Assembly: GCF_022678625.1 (NCBI RefSeq)
Contig: NZ_JALBYQ010000001.1
Coordinates: forward strand, 1,107,895-1,139,894
Origin: Aliiroseovarius subalbicans
Lineage (GTDB): Bacteria > Pseudomonadota > Alphaproteobacteria > Rhodobacterales > Rhodobacteraceae
DNA: 32,000 bases
Reading direction: 5' to 3'
Below, piece after piece: positions 1 through 7,924 of this stretch. The notes beneath the pieces are model-generated. The model did no database searches. It was not told where the DNA came from and saw only the letters and a program-made list of their open reading frames with translations. Both the position numbers and the translations under genes were made by a program. Each line of letters opens with the position of its first letter. The first letter of the stretch is position 1.

Positions 1-769
1 GCGCCAATAGGCATTTCGCCCAATCGATCGTTTCCGCCACACCGGGGCGTTTGAACAGATCCTCGGTGCGCAATTTCTGAACGAAGGCAATGACTTCGCG
101 GCTCAACTTTTCGCTGGCCTCTGGCGCGCGGGCGGACAGGATTTCCATCTCGCGGGCAAAATCCGGGTAATCGACCCAGTGATACAGGCAGCGCCGTTTC
201 AGCGCGTCGTGCACCTCGCGCGTGCGGTTCGAGGTCAGGATCACGATCGGCGGCTCGGGCGCCTTCACCGTGCCCAATTCGGGGATCGTGACCTGGAAAT
301 CGGACAAGGCTTCCAGCAGGAACGCCTCGAACGGCTCATCGGTACGGTCAAGTTCGTCGATCAACAGGACCGGCGCACCACCGGCTTGTGGGCTCATTGC
401 CTCAAGCAGCGGGCGGCGGATCAGAAACCGGTCGGAAAACAATTCGTCCGTCAGCGTGTCGCGGTCCGTGCCCTCGGTCACCTCGGCCGAGCGGATCGAC
501 ACCATCTGCGCCGGGAAATTCCATTCATACACCGCCGAGGACGCGTCCAGCCCTTCGTAGCATTGCAGCCGGATCAGTCGGCGCCCCAGCCCGGCGGCCA
601 GTGCCTTGGCGATCTCGGTCTTGCCCACGCCCGCCTCGCCCTCCAAAAACAGCGGCCGGCCCAGGGTCAGCGCCAGAAACACCACCGTGCCCAGCGCGCG
701 ACCACAGACATAGTCTTGATCCGAAAGCATTTTCTGCACGGCGTCGATAGAATTTGGGATCTGGGTCAT
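1..769 (-). CDS. MoxR-like AAA+ ATPase; 5' part only, the gene continues past the left edge
   Basis: This ORF is absent from the ORF track because it runs off the window. My reverse-complement translation from the ATG at 769-767 gives MTQIPNSIDAVQKMLSDQDYVCGRALGTVVFLALTLGRPLFLEGEAGVGKTEIAKALAAGLGRRLIRLQCYEG.... It has Walker A GEAGVGKT and Walker B VLLIDELDR. An AAGGAGG SD lies on the minus strand at 780-774. Confidence 0.85.
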   Translation of the reverse strand, partial: MTQIPNSIDAVQKMLSDQDYVCGRALGTVVFLALTLGRPLFLEGEAGVGKTEIAKALAAGLGRRLIRLQCYEGLDASSAVYEWNFPAQMVSIRSAEVTEGTDRDTLTDELFSDRFLIRRPLLEAMSPQAGGAPVLLIDELDRTDEPFEAFLLEALSDFQVTIPELGTVKAPEPPIVILTSNRTREVHDALKRRCLYHWVDYPDFAREMEILSARAPEASEKLSREVIAFVQKLRTEDLFKRPGVAETIDWAKCLLA

Positions 770-861
770 GAGGCCTCCTTTTGCCGTTGCAATGGGGCAT
801 GGCGCGGGCGGGCGGGTCAAGCCCGACTTGCAGAATGTCACCCCACGGGCCAAGAGGGGGG

Positions 862-1896
862 ATGCACGCCGTGACCCGCCCCCGTCTGACCGCCCTGATC
901 GCCGCCGGGATCGGCGCGGCGGTATTTTCCTGGCTGGGCGTGCCACTCCCCTTCTTGCTGGGGCCAATGATGGGCTGTCTGCTTGTCGCCTTGGCCGGTG
1001 CCCCTATGGAGGGTATGGGCACGCTGGGCATCGTCATGCGCACGATCCTGGGCGTGGCCATCGGCGCGTCCCTGACCCCCGACACCCTTGCCGCGCTGCC
1101 AGGTTTTGCCCCGACGCTTCTCCTGATTCCCGTCTTCATCGCGGTTATCGGCGCGATAGGCTATCCGTTCTTTCGCCGGGTCTGTGGTTTCGATCCGGCG
1201 ACCTCGTTCTATTCCGCCATGCCCGGCGGGCTGCAAGACATGCTGATCTTCGGCGAAGAGGCCGGTGGCGACGTGCGTGCGATGAGCCTGATCCACGCCA
1301 CTCGCATCCTGGTGCTGGTGACGATCGCCCCGATCCTGATCACCCTGGCCTGGGGTGTTGACCTGACCGCCGCGCCGGGGCAACCGGCCAGCGAGGTCGG
1401 CTGGGTCCAGATCACCCTGATGACCGTTTCGGGTATCGCGGGTTGGAAGTTTGCCGAACGCGCCGGGCTTTTTGGCGCGTCGATCCTGGGGCCGATGATC
1501 CTGACCACGATCCTGTCACTAAGCGGCGTAATCCAGACCCGCCCCCCGGCCGAGATGATCTGGGCCGCACAATTCTTCATCGGGTTGGCCGTGGGGGCGA
1601 AATACGCGGGCATCACCGCCAAGGAAATCCGAGTCGATATCGGCGCAGGGCTTGCCTATTCAGTACTTCTTGCTGTGATTTCTATCCTGTTTTTCCTGGG
1701 CGTGGCCTGGATCAGCCCGGCGGATGACCTGGACGTGCTTTTGTCCTTCCTGCCCGGCGGTCAGGGGGAAATGGTGGTGATCGCCATCGTTACGGGGGCC
1801 GATCTGGGCTTTGTCGTTACCCACCACCTGCTGCGTATCTTCACGGTGATCATCGCCGCCCCGATCGTGGCCCGCCGGGTGGCGCCAAAACGCTAG
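862..1896 (+). CDS. AbrB-family (putative ammonia-monooxygenase-like, COG3180-type) polytopic membrane protein
   Basis: This is track ORF 781..1896. The product is hydrophobic and multi-TM, with blocks typical of the family (PLPFLLGPMMG, SAMPGGLQDM, LPGGQGEM) and an internal duplication. I moved the start to ATG 862 (MHAVTRPRLTALIAAGIGAAV) because the first 27 aa of the long ORF look non-coding and a start at 781 would leave only 11 nt to the divergent MoxR start. AAGAGG lies at 852-857. Confidence 0.75.
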   Translation: MHAVTRPRLTALIAAGIGAAVFSWLGVPLPFLLGPMMGCLLVALAGAPMEGMGTLGIVMRTILGVAIGASLTPDTLAALPGFAPTLLLIPVFIAVIGAIGYPFFRRVCGFDPATSFYSAMPGGLQDMLIFGEEAGGDVRAMSLIHATRILVLVTIAPILITLAWGVDLTAAPGQPASEVGWVQITLMTVSGIAGWKFAERAGLFGASILGPMILTTILSLSGVIQTRPPAEMIWAAQFFIGLAVGAKYAGITAKEIRVDIGAGLAYSVLLAVISILFFLGVAWISPADDLDVLLSFLPGGQGEMVVIAIVTGADLGFVVTHHLLRIFTVIIAAPIVARRVAPKR

Positions 1897-1952
1897 GGCT
1901 TGCACCGTGTGCCTGGGACGGCGATGCTCATACGGCTTGAAAAGGAAACACC

Positions 1953-2573
1953 ATGCCCTTCGACCTCTGGCTTGCCTTCGTCGCCGCCTGTTTTGCGATC
2001 CTGCTGATCCCCGGACCCACGGTGTTGTTGGTCCTGTCCTATGCCCTGACCCAGGGGCGTCGGGTGGCCGTGGGCATGGCGCTTGGCGTGGCCCTGGGCG
2101 ATTTCATCGCCATGAGCGCCTCGCTTGCCGGGTTGGGCGCACTCGTGCTGGCCTCGGCCACCCTGTTCACGGTGCTGAAATGGGTCGGGGCGGTCTATCT
2201 TGTCTATCTGGGCGTGACGCTTTTGCGCGCCGGGCCAGTTCGGTTCGATCTGAATAGGCCTGAGGACAAGCCGGTTGGCGCCATCTTCACCCATGCCGCG
2301 GCGGTGACCGCCCTGAACCCCAAAAGCATCGCCTTTTTCATCGCTTTCGTGCCCCAGTTCATCCGGCCCGAGGCAGCCCTGGCACCGCAGTTTGCCATCC
2401 TGATCGCGACCTTCGTCGGTTTGGCCGGGGTGAATGCGCTGGCCTATGCGCTGCTGGCTGACCGCCTGCGCAGCCGCATTCGCCGCCCCGGCGTGCTGCG
2501 TTGGATGACCCGGATCGGCGGCGGCGCGCTGGTGTCCATGGGCGTGCTGACCGCCACGATGGCGCGTAACTAA
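1953..2573 (+). CDS. LysE/RhtB-family amino-acid (or homoserine-lactone) efflux protein
   Basis: The 206-aa hydrophobic product has the family-typical N-terminus FVAACFAILLIPGPTVLLVLSYAL. The length and TM pattern fit LysE/RhtB. An AAAGGAAA SD lies upstream. Confidence 0.85.
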   Translation: MPFDLWLAFVAACFAILLIPGPTVLLVLSYALTQGRRVAVGMALGVALGDFIAMSASLAGLGALVLASATLFTVLKWVGAVYLVYLGVTLLRAGPVRFDLNRPEDKPVGAIFTHAAAVTALNPKSIAFFIAFVPQFIRPEAALAPQFAILIATFVGLAGVNALAYALLADRLRSRIRRPGVLRWMTRIGGGALVSMGVLTATMARN

Positions 2574-2748
2574 CCCCGCGACCCCGCTGCAACAGCCGAT
2601 GGTTTCCATTTTCGCAAAAGTTGACCTAAGTCGCGGAAACTGACACATATTATCGCAACAAAAACGAGGTAGCACGGGACAAACCCGGCCCTTACCAAAG
2701 CAGGCGGACGTATGGCGAGTTCCTTGAACCAAATGGGCGGGGCGTAAG

Positions 2749-3771
2749 ATGCGCATCACCGCTGTCACCTGCGTCAAGAACGAAGGTCCCTTCCTGTTGG
2801 AGTGGATCGCCTTCAACCGCGTTCTTGGCGTCACGGATTTCCTTTTCTATTCAAACGATTGCACAGATGCGACCGACAAGATTCTGGACGCGTTGCAGGA
2901 CCGTGGCATCGTCACCCACCTGCCCAACCCGGCGCAGGGACGCAATTACCAGATGGAGGCACTGAAGGCGGCGAAAAAGCACGATCTGGTGCTGGCCTCG
3001 GACTGGACCTGGATCGCGGATGTGGACGAGTTTCTGAATATCCACGTCGGCAATGGCACCATCCCCGAACTGATCGAAGCCTGCGGCGACCCGCACGCAA
3101 TCTCGATCACGTTCCAGTTCTTCGCCAATTGCGACATCGACGACTATGTCGACAAGCCGGTGATCGAGCAGTTCACCCGCTCGCACAATCCCGACATCTG
3201 GTGCGATCAAACGGCGCAAGAGGTCAAGACACTGATCCGGCACGATTTTCCGGTGAAATACTACGGCGCGCATCGTCCCTTCATGAAAGACAAGCTGTCC
3301 AAGGACAGGCGGCCGAAATGGACCGACGGATCCGGGCGCGACGTGCCGTGGAAATACCGAACTGCGGCCAACAAACGGCGCATCCGCAAGTTTCCCGCCG
3401 GGGGCGCGCGCAATTTCGCGACACTGAACCATTATGCGCTGCGCTCGCTCGACAGCTATCTGGTCAAGAACGACCGCGGCGACGTGAACCGCGAAAACCG
3501 CGATTTCGACGACACCTATTGGCGTGAACGCAATGATGACGCGTGGGAAGACACCTCGATCAAGCGCTATCTGCCGCGTCTCAGGGCCGAGATGAAGGCG
3601 CTGATGGCGGACAAGGAAATCGCCGATCTTCACGCCGAAGCTGTCGCGGCCCACAAGGCCACGCTGGACCGGCTTTTGGCAGATGAGGATTATGTCACAC
3701 TGCGCAAGCAGTTGAAATCCGTCCCGAAACTCAGCCCGGCCGAGCTGGCCTTGCTGGAGTTGATCGCCTGA
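2749..3771 (+). CDS. Glycosyltransferase, GT2-like 'Glyco_tranf_2_4'/GT92-like domain (paralog 1 of 3)
   Basis: The 340-aa product has the N-terminal block VKNEGPFLLEWIAFNRVLGVTDFLFYSNDCTDATD, a DxD block ADVDEFLNIHVGNGT, and LNHYALRSLDSYLVKNDRG. The same three blocks recur in the ORFs at 4399 and 6744. I see no TM segment. Confidence 0.8.
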   Translation: MRITAVTCVKNEGPFLLEWIAFNRVLGVTDFLFYSNDCTDATDKILDALQDRGIVTHLPNPAQGRNYQMEALKAAKKHDLVLASDWTWIADVDEFLNIHVGNGTIPELIEACGDPHAISITFQFFANCDIDDYVDKPVIEQFTRSHNPDIWCDQTAQEVKTLIRHDFPVKYYGAHRPFMKDKLSKDRRPKWTDGSGRDVPWKYRTAANKRRIRKFPAGGARNFATLNHYALRSLDSYLVKNDRGDVNRENRDFDDTYWRERNDDAWEDTSIKRYLPRLRAEMKALMADKEIADLHAEAVAAHKATLDRLLADEDYVTLRKQLKSVPKLSPAELALLELIA

Positions 3772-3772
3772 G

Positions 3773-4399
3773 ATGGCGCCGCCGAAGGTCATAAACCTGG
3801 GGTTCCCAAAATCGGGCACCACGACGCTGGCGCAGGCGCTGACCCAAGCAGGGTTTCGCGTGGCGGACTGGAAGTTGCGCGGCGCGGGGCAAAAGGGCTT
3901 TGTTGGCGGGCTGATGTATCGCGGCTATTTCGAAACCGGCGACCCGCTGACATACCTTGGCGACTATGACGCCTTTTCCGAAATCGACGTGGTTCGCGAC
4001 AAACGTAATTTCTGGCCGCAATGCGATTTCGCCCTGATCCAGGCCATTCGCGACACCCATCCCGGTGCGCTGTTTCTGCTGTCCAGCCGGGACGCGGAGG
4101 CGCAGGCCGACAGCATGATGCGTTGGTCCGACATGGGCACACGGCGCCTGCCAATGACCAATATCCCCGGGCTGCCGAAAGGGTTTGGCAAAACCCGCGC
4201 GGACCTTACGCGCTGGATCACCGGGCACGTGGCCTTTTGCCAAAAAGTATTCGAGGGGGCCGAGGATTTCCTGGCCTATGACATCAACGACCCGGAGGCG
4301 CCGGGCAAAATCGGCGCATTCCTAGGGCGCGATCTGCCCTGGTGGGGGGTGGCCAATGCCAACCCACCTGTTGACGAGTTGAAGGAGGGCGCCGCCTGA
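3773..4399 (+). CDS. Sulfotransferase-family protein (PAPS-dependent type)
   Basis: The 208-aa product has a 5'-phosphosulfate-binding loop, GFPKSGTTTL (residues 10-19). It also has a 3'-phosphate-binding pattern after a beta-strand, FLLSSRDAEAQADS (R106...S114, the canonical R-x7-S spacing). The start lies 1 nt after the stop of the upstream GT gene. Confidence 0.7.
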   Translation: MAPPKVINLGFPKSGTTTLAQALTQAGFRVADWKLRGAGQKGFVGGLMYRGYFETGDPLTYLGDYDAFSEIDVVRDKRNFWPQCDFALIQAIRDTHPGALFLLSSRDAEAQADSMMRWSDMGTRRLPMTNIPGLPKGFGKTRADLTRWITGHVAFCQKVFEGAEDFLAYDINDPEAPGKIGAFLGRDLPWWGVANANPPVDELKEGAA

Positions 4400-6744
4400 T
4401 GCGCATCTATTTGCATATTGGCCTGGAGCAATGCGGTGCAACACGCATTCAGGAGGTGCTGGACAACAAGCGGGACCAGCTGTCCGACAAGGGCGTATTG
4501 TACCCCCGCACGCCGGGGCGGAAAAACCACACACGGCTGTATATGGCGGTGTCGGACCCTGACCGCGTCGACGTGCTGCGCGCCAATCGCGGCTTCACTG
4601 ATCCGGCGGCACAGGAAAAACTGCGCGCAGACGTGGCGCGGGATTTGGCCGCCGAGGTGGCGAAACACAACCCGGATGTGATGATCCTGTCAGCCTCACA
4701 GCTGTGCACCCTGTCGCGCCCGTCGGAACTGGCGCGGCTGAAAGCACTGCTGTTGCCGCTGTCCGATGACATCCGCGTCGTCGCCCATGTGGATGAACAA
4801 GGCCGCGTGCTGGCGCGCCATTATGCCGAGGCGGTGTTCTCGGGCCGGGTGTCACCTTTGGATCAGGAGCTTTCTATGCTCGGCGCGGCCTCTTGGCGGG
4901 ACGCGGCACTGGCAGACTGGGACGAGGTCGATCCGCGTCATCTGGGGCACCCTGAAATTCAGGCCCCACCCTTCTGGCTGGACTATCCCGCCCTGGTCAC
5001 CGCCTGGGAAGAGGCGTTTGGCGACGGCCGCGTGGCGCTGCGGGCCTATGATGCCGATCTGTTTGCCTCCGAACGGTTGACCGACGAAATTCGCGACGCT
5101 TTTTCGATCAAGGCCAACATCGGCAAGGCGGCCAAAGGGGGGCTGCCCGCGATGCCTGCAGCGGCCTGGTTGACCCGTGCGCGGATGTTGAACAAGGTTA
5201 TGGTGCAGCTTCTGCACAAGGGCCGGATCATCCCACGCCAGCTGTGGCGCCGCTTCATCGGCGAGATTGCGACACCGGGCGAGGCGATGCAGCCCGGATC
5301 CTTGGTCGAATTCTCGAAAATGTTCGAAAAGGACAACAAAGCGCTGGTTAAATCCCATGATCTGCCGGCTGAATGTCTGAAACGGGACAGGGCGCAGAAG
5401 CCCTGGAGTGAAGCAGACCCGGAAAAAGGATTTCGCGCCAGCCAATATGTGGCCGCCTTCCTACCCCGGATCGACATCATCACCCGTCAGGCCATCCGCG
5501 CCGCCCGCCAAGGTATCAAGGCCCAGCAACATGACGAAGAAAGCACGACAAACTCCGGCCTGACCGCCACGGCGGAACGACTGATGTCCGACCGCGCCAA
5601 GGAAAACTTTCACGAGCTGAAAGGCGGGCGTTTCGCGCCGCACAACCGGATTGGCCGGGTGAACGAGGAAGAGCTGGCCGCTGCCTTCTCCGAGGTGCCG
5701 ATGCGCGACCTGCCCAAGGGAAATTCGGGCAACGTCATCGTCGGCTGCATGAAGAACGAAGCGCCATATATTCTGGAATGGGTCGCCTTTCACCGCGCGA
5801 TCGGTGTCGACAATTTCATCATCTACACCAACGATTGCACCGACGGGACCAGCGAACTTCTGGACCGGTTGCAAGAGCTGGGCGTGCTGCAGCACCGCAA
5901 CAACGACAATTGGAAGGGTAATTCGCCCCAGCAATACGCGCTGAACCAATCGCTGAAGGAAGACGTGATCCTGAACGCCGAATGGGTGATCCATATTGAC
6001 GTGGATGAATTCATGAACGTGCGCTGTGGCAACGGCACGCTGGAGGATTTCCTGGAGCGTATCCCCGATGCCACCAATGTCGCGATGACCTGGCGTCTGT
6101 TCGGCCACAACGATGTGACGAAGTTCGAAGACGAGCTGGTGATCGAACAATTCGACCAGGCCGCGCCGAAATACTGCCCGAAACCGCACACGGTCTGGGG
6201 CTTCAAGACGATGATGAAGAACATCGGCGCCTATGAGAAGATTTCCTGCCACCGGCCCAACAAGTTGCGCGACACGCACCGGCAGAAGGTGCATTGGGTG
6301 AACGGCTCCGGTCAGCCGATGGGCGATGAGGTGAAAGAAGGCGGCTGGCGCTCGTCGCTGGGCACGATCGGCTATGACCTGCTTCAACTGAACCACTATG
6401 CGCTGCGCTCGGCGGAAAGCTTCCTGATCAAGCGTCAGCGCGGGCGCGCGCTGCATGTGGACCGCTCGATCGGCATCAACTACTGGGTGCGGATGGATTG
6501 GGGTGGCAACAAGGACGTCACGATCAAACGCAACATCCCGCGCACCAAGCTGGAATTGGCGCGACTGTTGGAGGATCAACAACTGCGTACGATCCATGAG
6601 GCCGGGGTGGCTTGGCACAAGGCCAAAGCCGCCGAGCTGCATGCGATGCCGGAGTTCCAGGAGCTCTATGCCCAGGCGCTGGAAACCGACCTGACCGAGA
6701 TGGAGCGCGTGGCCTATTCGCTGGCGCTGGACATGGAAAGCTGA
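4399..6744 (+). CDS. Two-domain protein: N-terminal sulfotransferase-like domain with a substituted PAPS loop, a linker, and a C-terminal glycosyltransferase domain (paralog 2 of 3)
   Basis: The product is 781 aa. The N-terminus YLHIGLEQCGATRIQEVL aligns position-for-position with VINLGFPKSGTTTLAQAL of the preceding sulfotransferase. The C-terminal domain (about nt 5731-6744) carries MKNEAPYILEWVAFHRAIGVDNFIIYTNDCTDGTS, IDVDEFMNVRCGNGT and LNHYALRSAESFLIKRQRG. The ATG shares A4399 with the upstream TGA (TGATG). GAAGGAGGG lies at 4381-4389. Confidence 0.78.
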   Translation: MRIYLHIGLEQCGATRIQEVLDNKRDQLSDKGVLYPRTPGRKNHTRLYMAVSDPDRVDVLRANRGFTDPAAQEKLRADVARDLAAEVAKHNPDVMILSASQLCTLSRPSELARLKALLLPLSDDIRVVAHVDEQGRVLARHYAEAVFSGRVSPLDQELSMLGAASWRDAALADWDEVDPRHLGHPEIQAPPFWLDYPALVTAWEEAFGDGRVALRAYDADLFASERLTDEIRDAFSIKANIGKAAKGGLPAMPAAAWLTRARMLNKVMVQLLHKGRIIPRQLWRRFIGEIATPGEAMQPGSLVEFSKMFEKDNKALVKSHDLPAECLKRDRAQKPWSEADPEKGFRASQYVAAFLPRIDIITRQAIRAARQGIKAQQHDEESTTNSGLTATAERLMSDRAKENFHELKGGRFAPHNRIGRVNEEELAAAFSEVPMRDLPKGNSGNVIVGCMKNEAPYILEWVAFHRAIGVDNFIIYTNDCTDGTSELLDRLQELGVLQHRNNDNWKGNSPQQYALNQSLKEDVILNAEWVIHIDVDEFMNVRCGNGTLEDFLERIPDATNVAMTWRLFGHNDVTKFEDELVIEQFDQAAPKYCPKPHTVWGFKTMMKNIGAYEKISCHRPNKLRDTHRQKVHWVNGSGQPMGDEVKEGGWRSSLGTIGYDLLQLNHYALRSAESFLIKRQRGRALHVDRSIGINYWVRMDWGGNKDVTIKRNIPRTKLELARLLEDQQLRTIHEAGVAWHKAKAAELHAMPEFQELYAQALETDLTEMERVAYSLALDMES

Positions 6745-7790
6745 TGCGCGCGACGGCCATCTTGTGCGTGCGCAACGAAGGCGCGTTTTTGCTGGAATGG
6801 CTGGCCCATCACCGGGGCGTCGGGTTCACGGATTTCCTTGTGTTTTCCAATGATTGCGATGACGGGACCGACGCAATACTGGACCGCCTGGAGGCATTGG
6901 GCGAGCTGACCCACCTTCGCAACGACGGCCCCCATGAAGGCGGCGTGCAATGGGCCGCGATGAAGATCGCGGACAAGCATCCGCTGGTGAAAAACGCCGA
7001 CTGGCTGATGACGCTGGACATTGATGAATTCGTGAACATCCACGTCGGCGACCATACGCTGGCGTCTTTGATTGCCACCCTGCCCGACGCGGACGCGATC
7101 ACGCTGACCTGGCGGCTGTTTGGCAATTGCGGTATCGAACGCTTTGAAGACCGCCCGGTGACCGAGGTTTTCACCCACGCAGCACCCGCCGTGATGTACT
7201 GGCCCTGGCGCGCGCATATGTTCAAGACGCTGTATCGCAACACCGGCGCCTATCGCAAACTGGGCGTGCACCGCCCGCGCAGCCCGGTGGATGGCAAGGC
7301 CGACGCCACCCGCTGGTTCGACGGCGAAGGACGCGCGCTTGAGACGCGGTTTCGCCGCCAGCAGATCTTTTCCCCGTTCGGGCGTTCGAACATCGCATTG
7401 GCGCAGCTGAACCACTATGCCCTTGGCGCGATGGAAAGCTATATCGTGAAACGCGATCGGGGCCGCGCGGTGCATGGTGCTGACAAGCTGGGGCTGGATT
7501 ATTGGAGCGAGCGCAACTGGTGTAACGTCGAGGACAGCTCGATCCGGCAATGTGACCGTTTGCGCGATGACCGGCTTGCGCGGTTGAAGGCGGATCCGAC
7601 GCTGGCCCGGCTGCACGCGCAGGCTGTGACATGGCGTCAGGACAGGTTCCATCAACTGATGCAGGAGGAACCCTTCCGAGCGCTCTATGGTCGGCTGTTG
7701 ATGTCGCCCCCGGCCCAGCCGATTCCCATCGACCGGGCGCGATTTCTGTTTTCATTTGCGCAGCAATCCAGAGGCAAACAGCGTGATTGA
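6744..7790 (+). CDS. Glycosyltransferase, same GT2-like/GT92-like domain (paralog 3 of 3)
   Basis: The track ORF 6612..7790 is trimmed to ATG 6744, which shares A6744 with the upstream TGA (TGATG). The product starts MRATAILCVRNEGAFLLEWLAHHRGVGFTDFLVFSNDCDDGTD. It then has LDIDEFVNIHVGDHT and LNHYALGAMESYIVKRDRG, colinear with paralog 1 from residue 1. Confidence 0.8.
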   Translation: MRATAILCVRNEGAFLLEWLAHHRGVGFTDFLVFSNDCDDGTDAILDRLEALGELTHLRNDGPHEGGVQWAAMKIADKHPLVKNADWLMTLDIDEFVNIHVGDHTLASLIATLPDADAITLTWRLFGNCGIERFEDRPVTEVFTHAAPAVMYWPWRAHMFKTLYRNTGAYRKLGVHRPRSPVDGKADATRWFDGEGRALETRFRRQQIFSPFGRSNIALAQLNHYALGAMESYIVKRDRGRAVHGADKLGLDYWSERNWCNVEDSSIRQCDRLRDDRLARLKADPTLARLHAQAVTWRQDRFHQLMQEEPFRALYGRLLMSPPAQPIPIDRARFLFSFAQQSRGKQRD

Positions 7791-7924
7791 TGCCAAACCG
7801 TCAACTGTTAACGACCTGTTTTCCAATTATCACCGTTTCGCCCCATTGCCCCCGCAATTGAGCCCGCATTACATTGGTATCCGCTGACCTGCCCCGGGAT
7901 GGGCAAAGGCATGTGGAGTATGAG

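Noticed and set aside
781-861. Long N-terminal extensions in the ORF track. Examples are 781 for the AbrB-like gene, 6612 for the third GT, 16427 for purB, 8967 for ppsA, and the extended minus-strand ORF starts at 21689, 27932, 28629, 29575 and 31603.
   Set aside because: The extensions overlap upstream genes or intergenic DNA, lack family-typical sequence and lack an RBS. In each case an internal start reproduces the canonical N-terminus and has an SD-like motif.
1893-7655. Several 300-390-aa minus-strand ORFs (1893..2834, 2851..3822, 5461..6642, 6714..7655) opposite the LysE and GT/sulfotransferase genes.
   Set aside because: The reasoning is the same. They are shadow ORFs of well-supported plus-strand genes, with no RBS or motif support and atypical amino-acid composition. 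ORF 1893..2834 also spans an intergenic region without coding bias.
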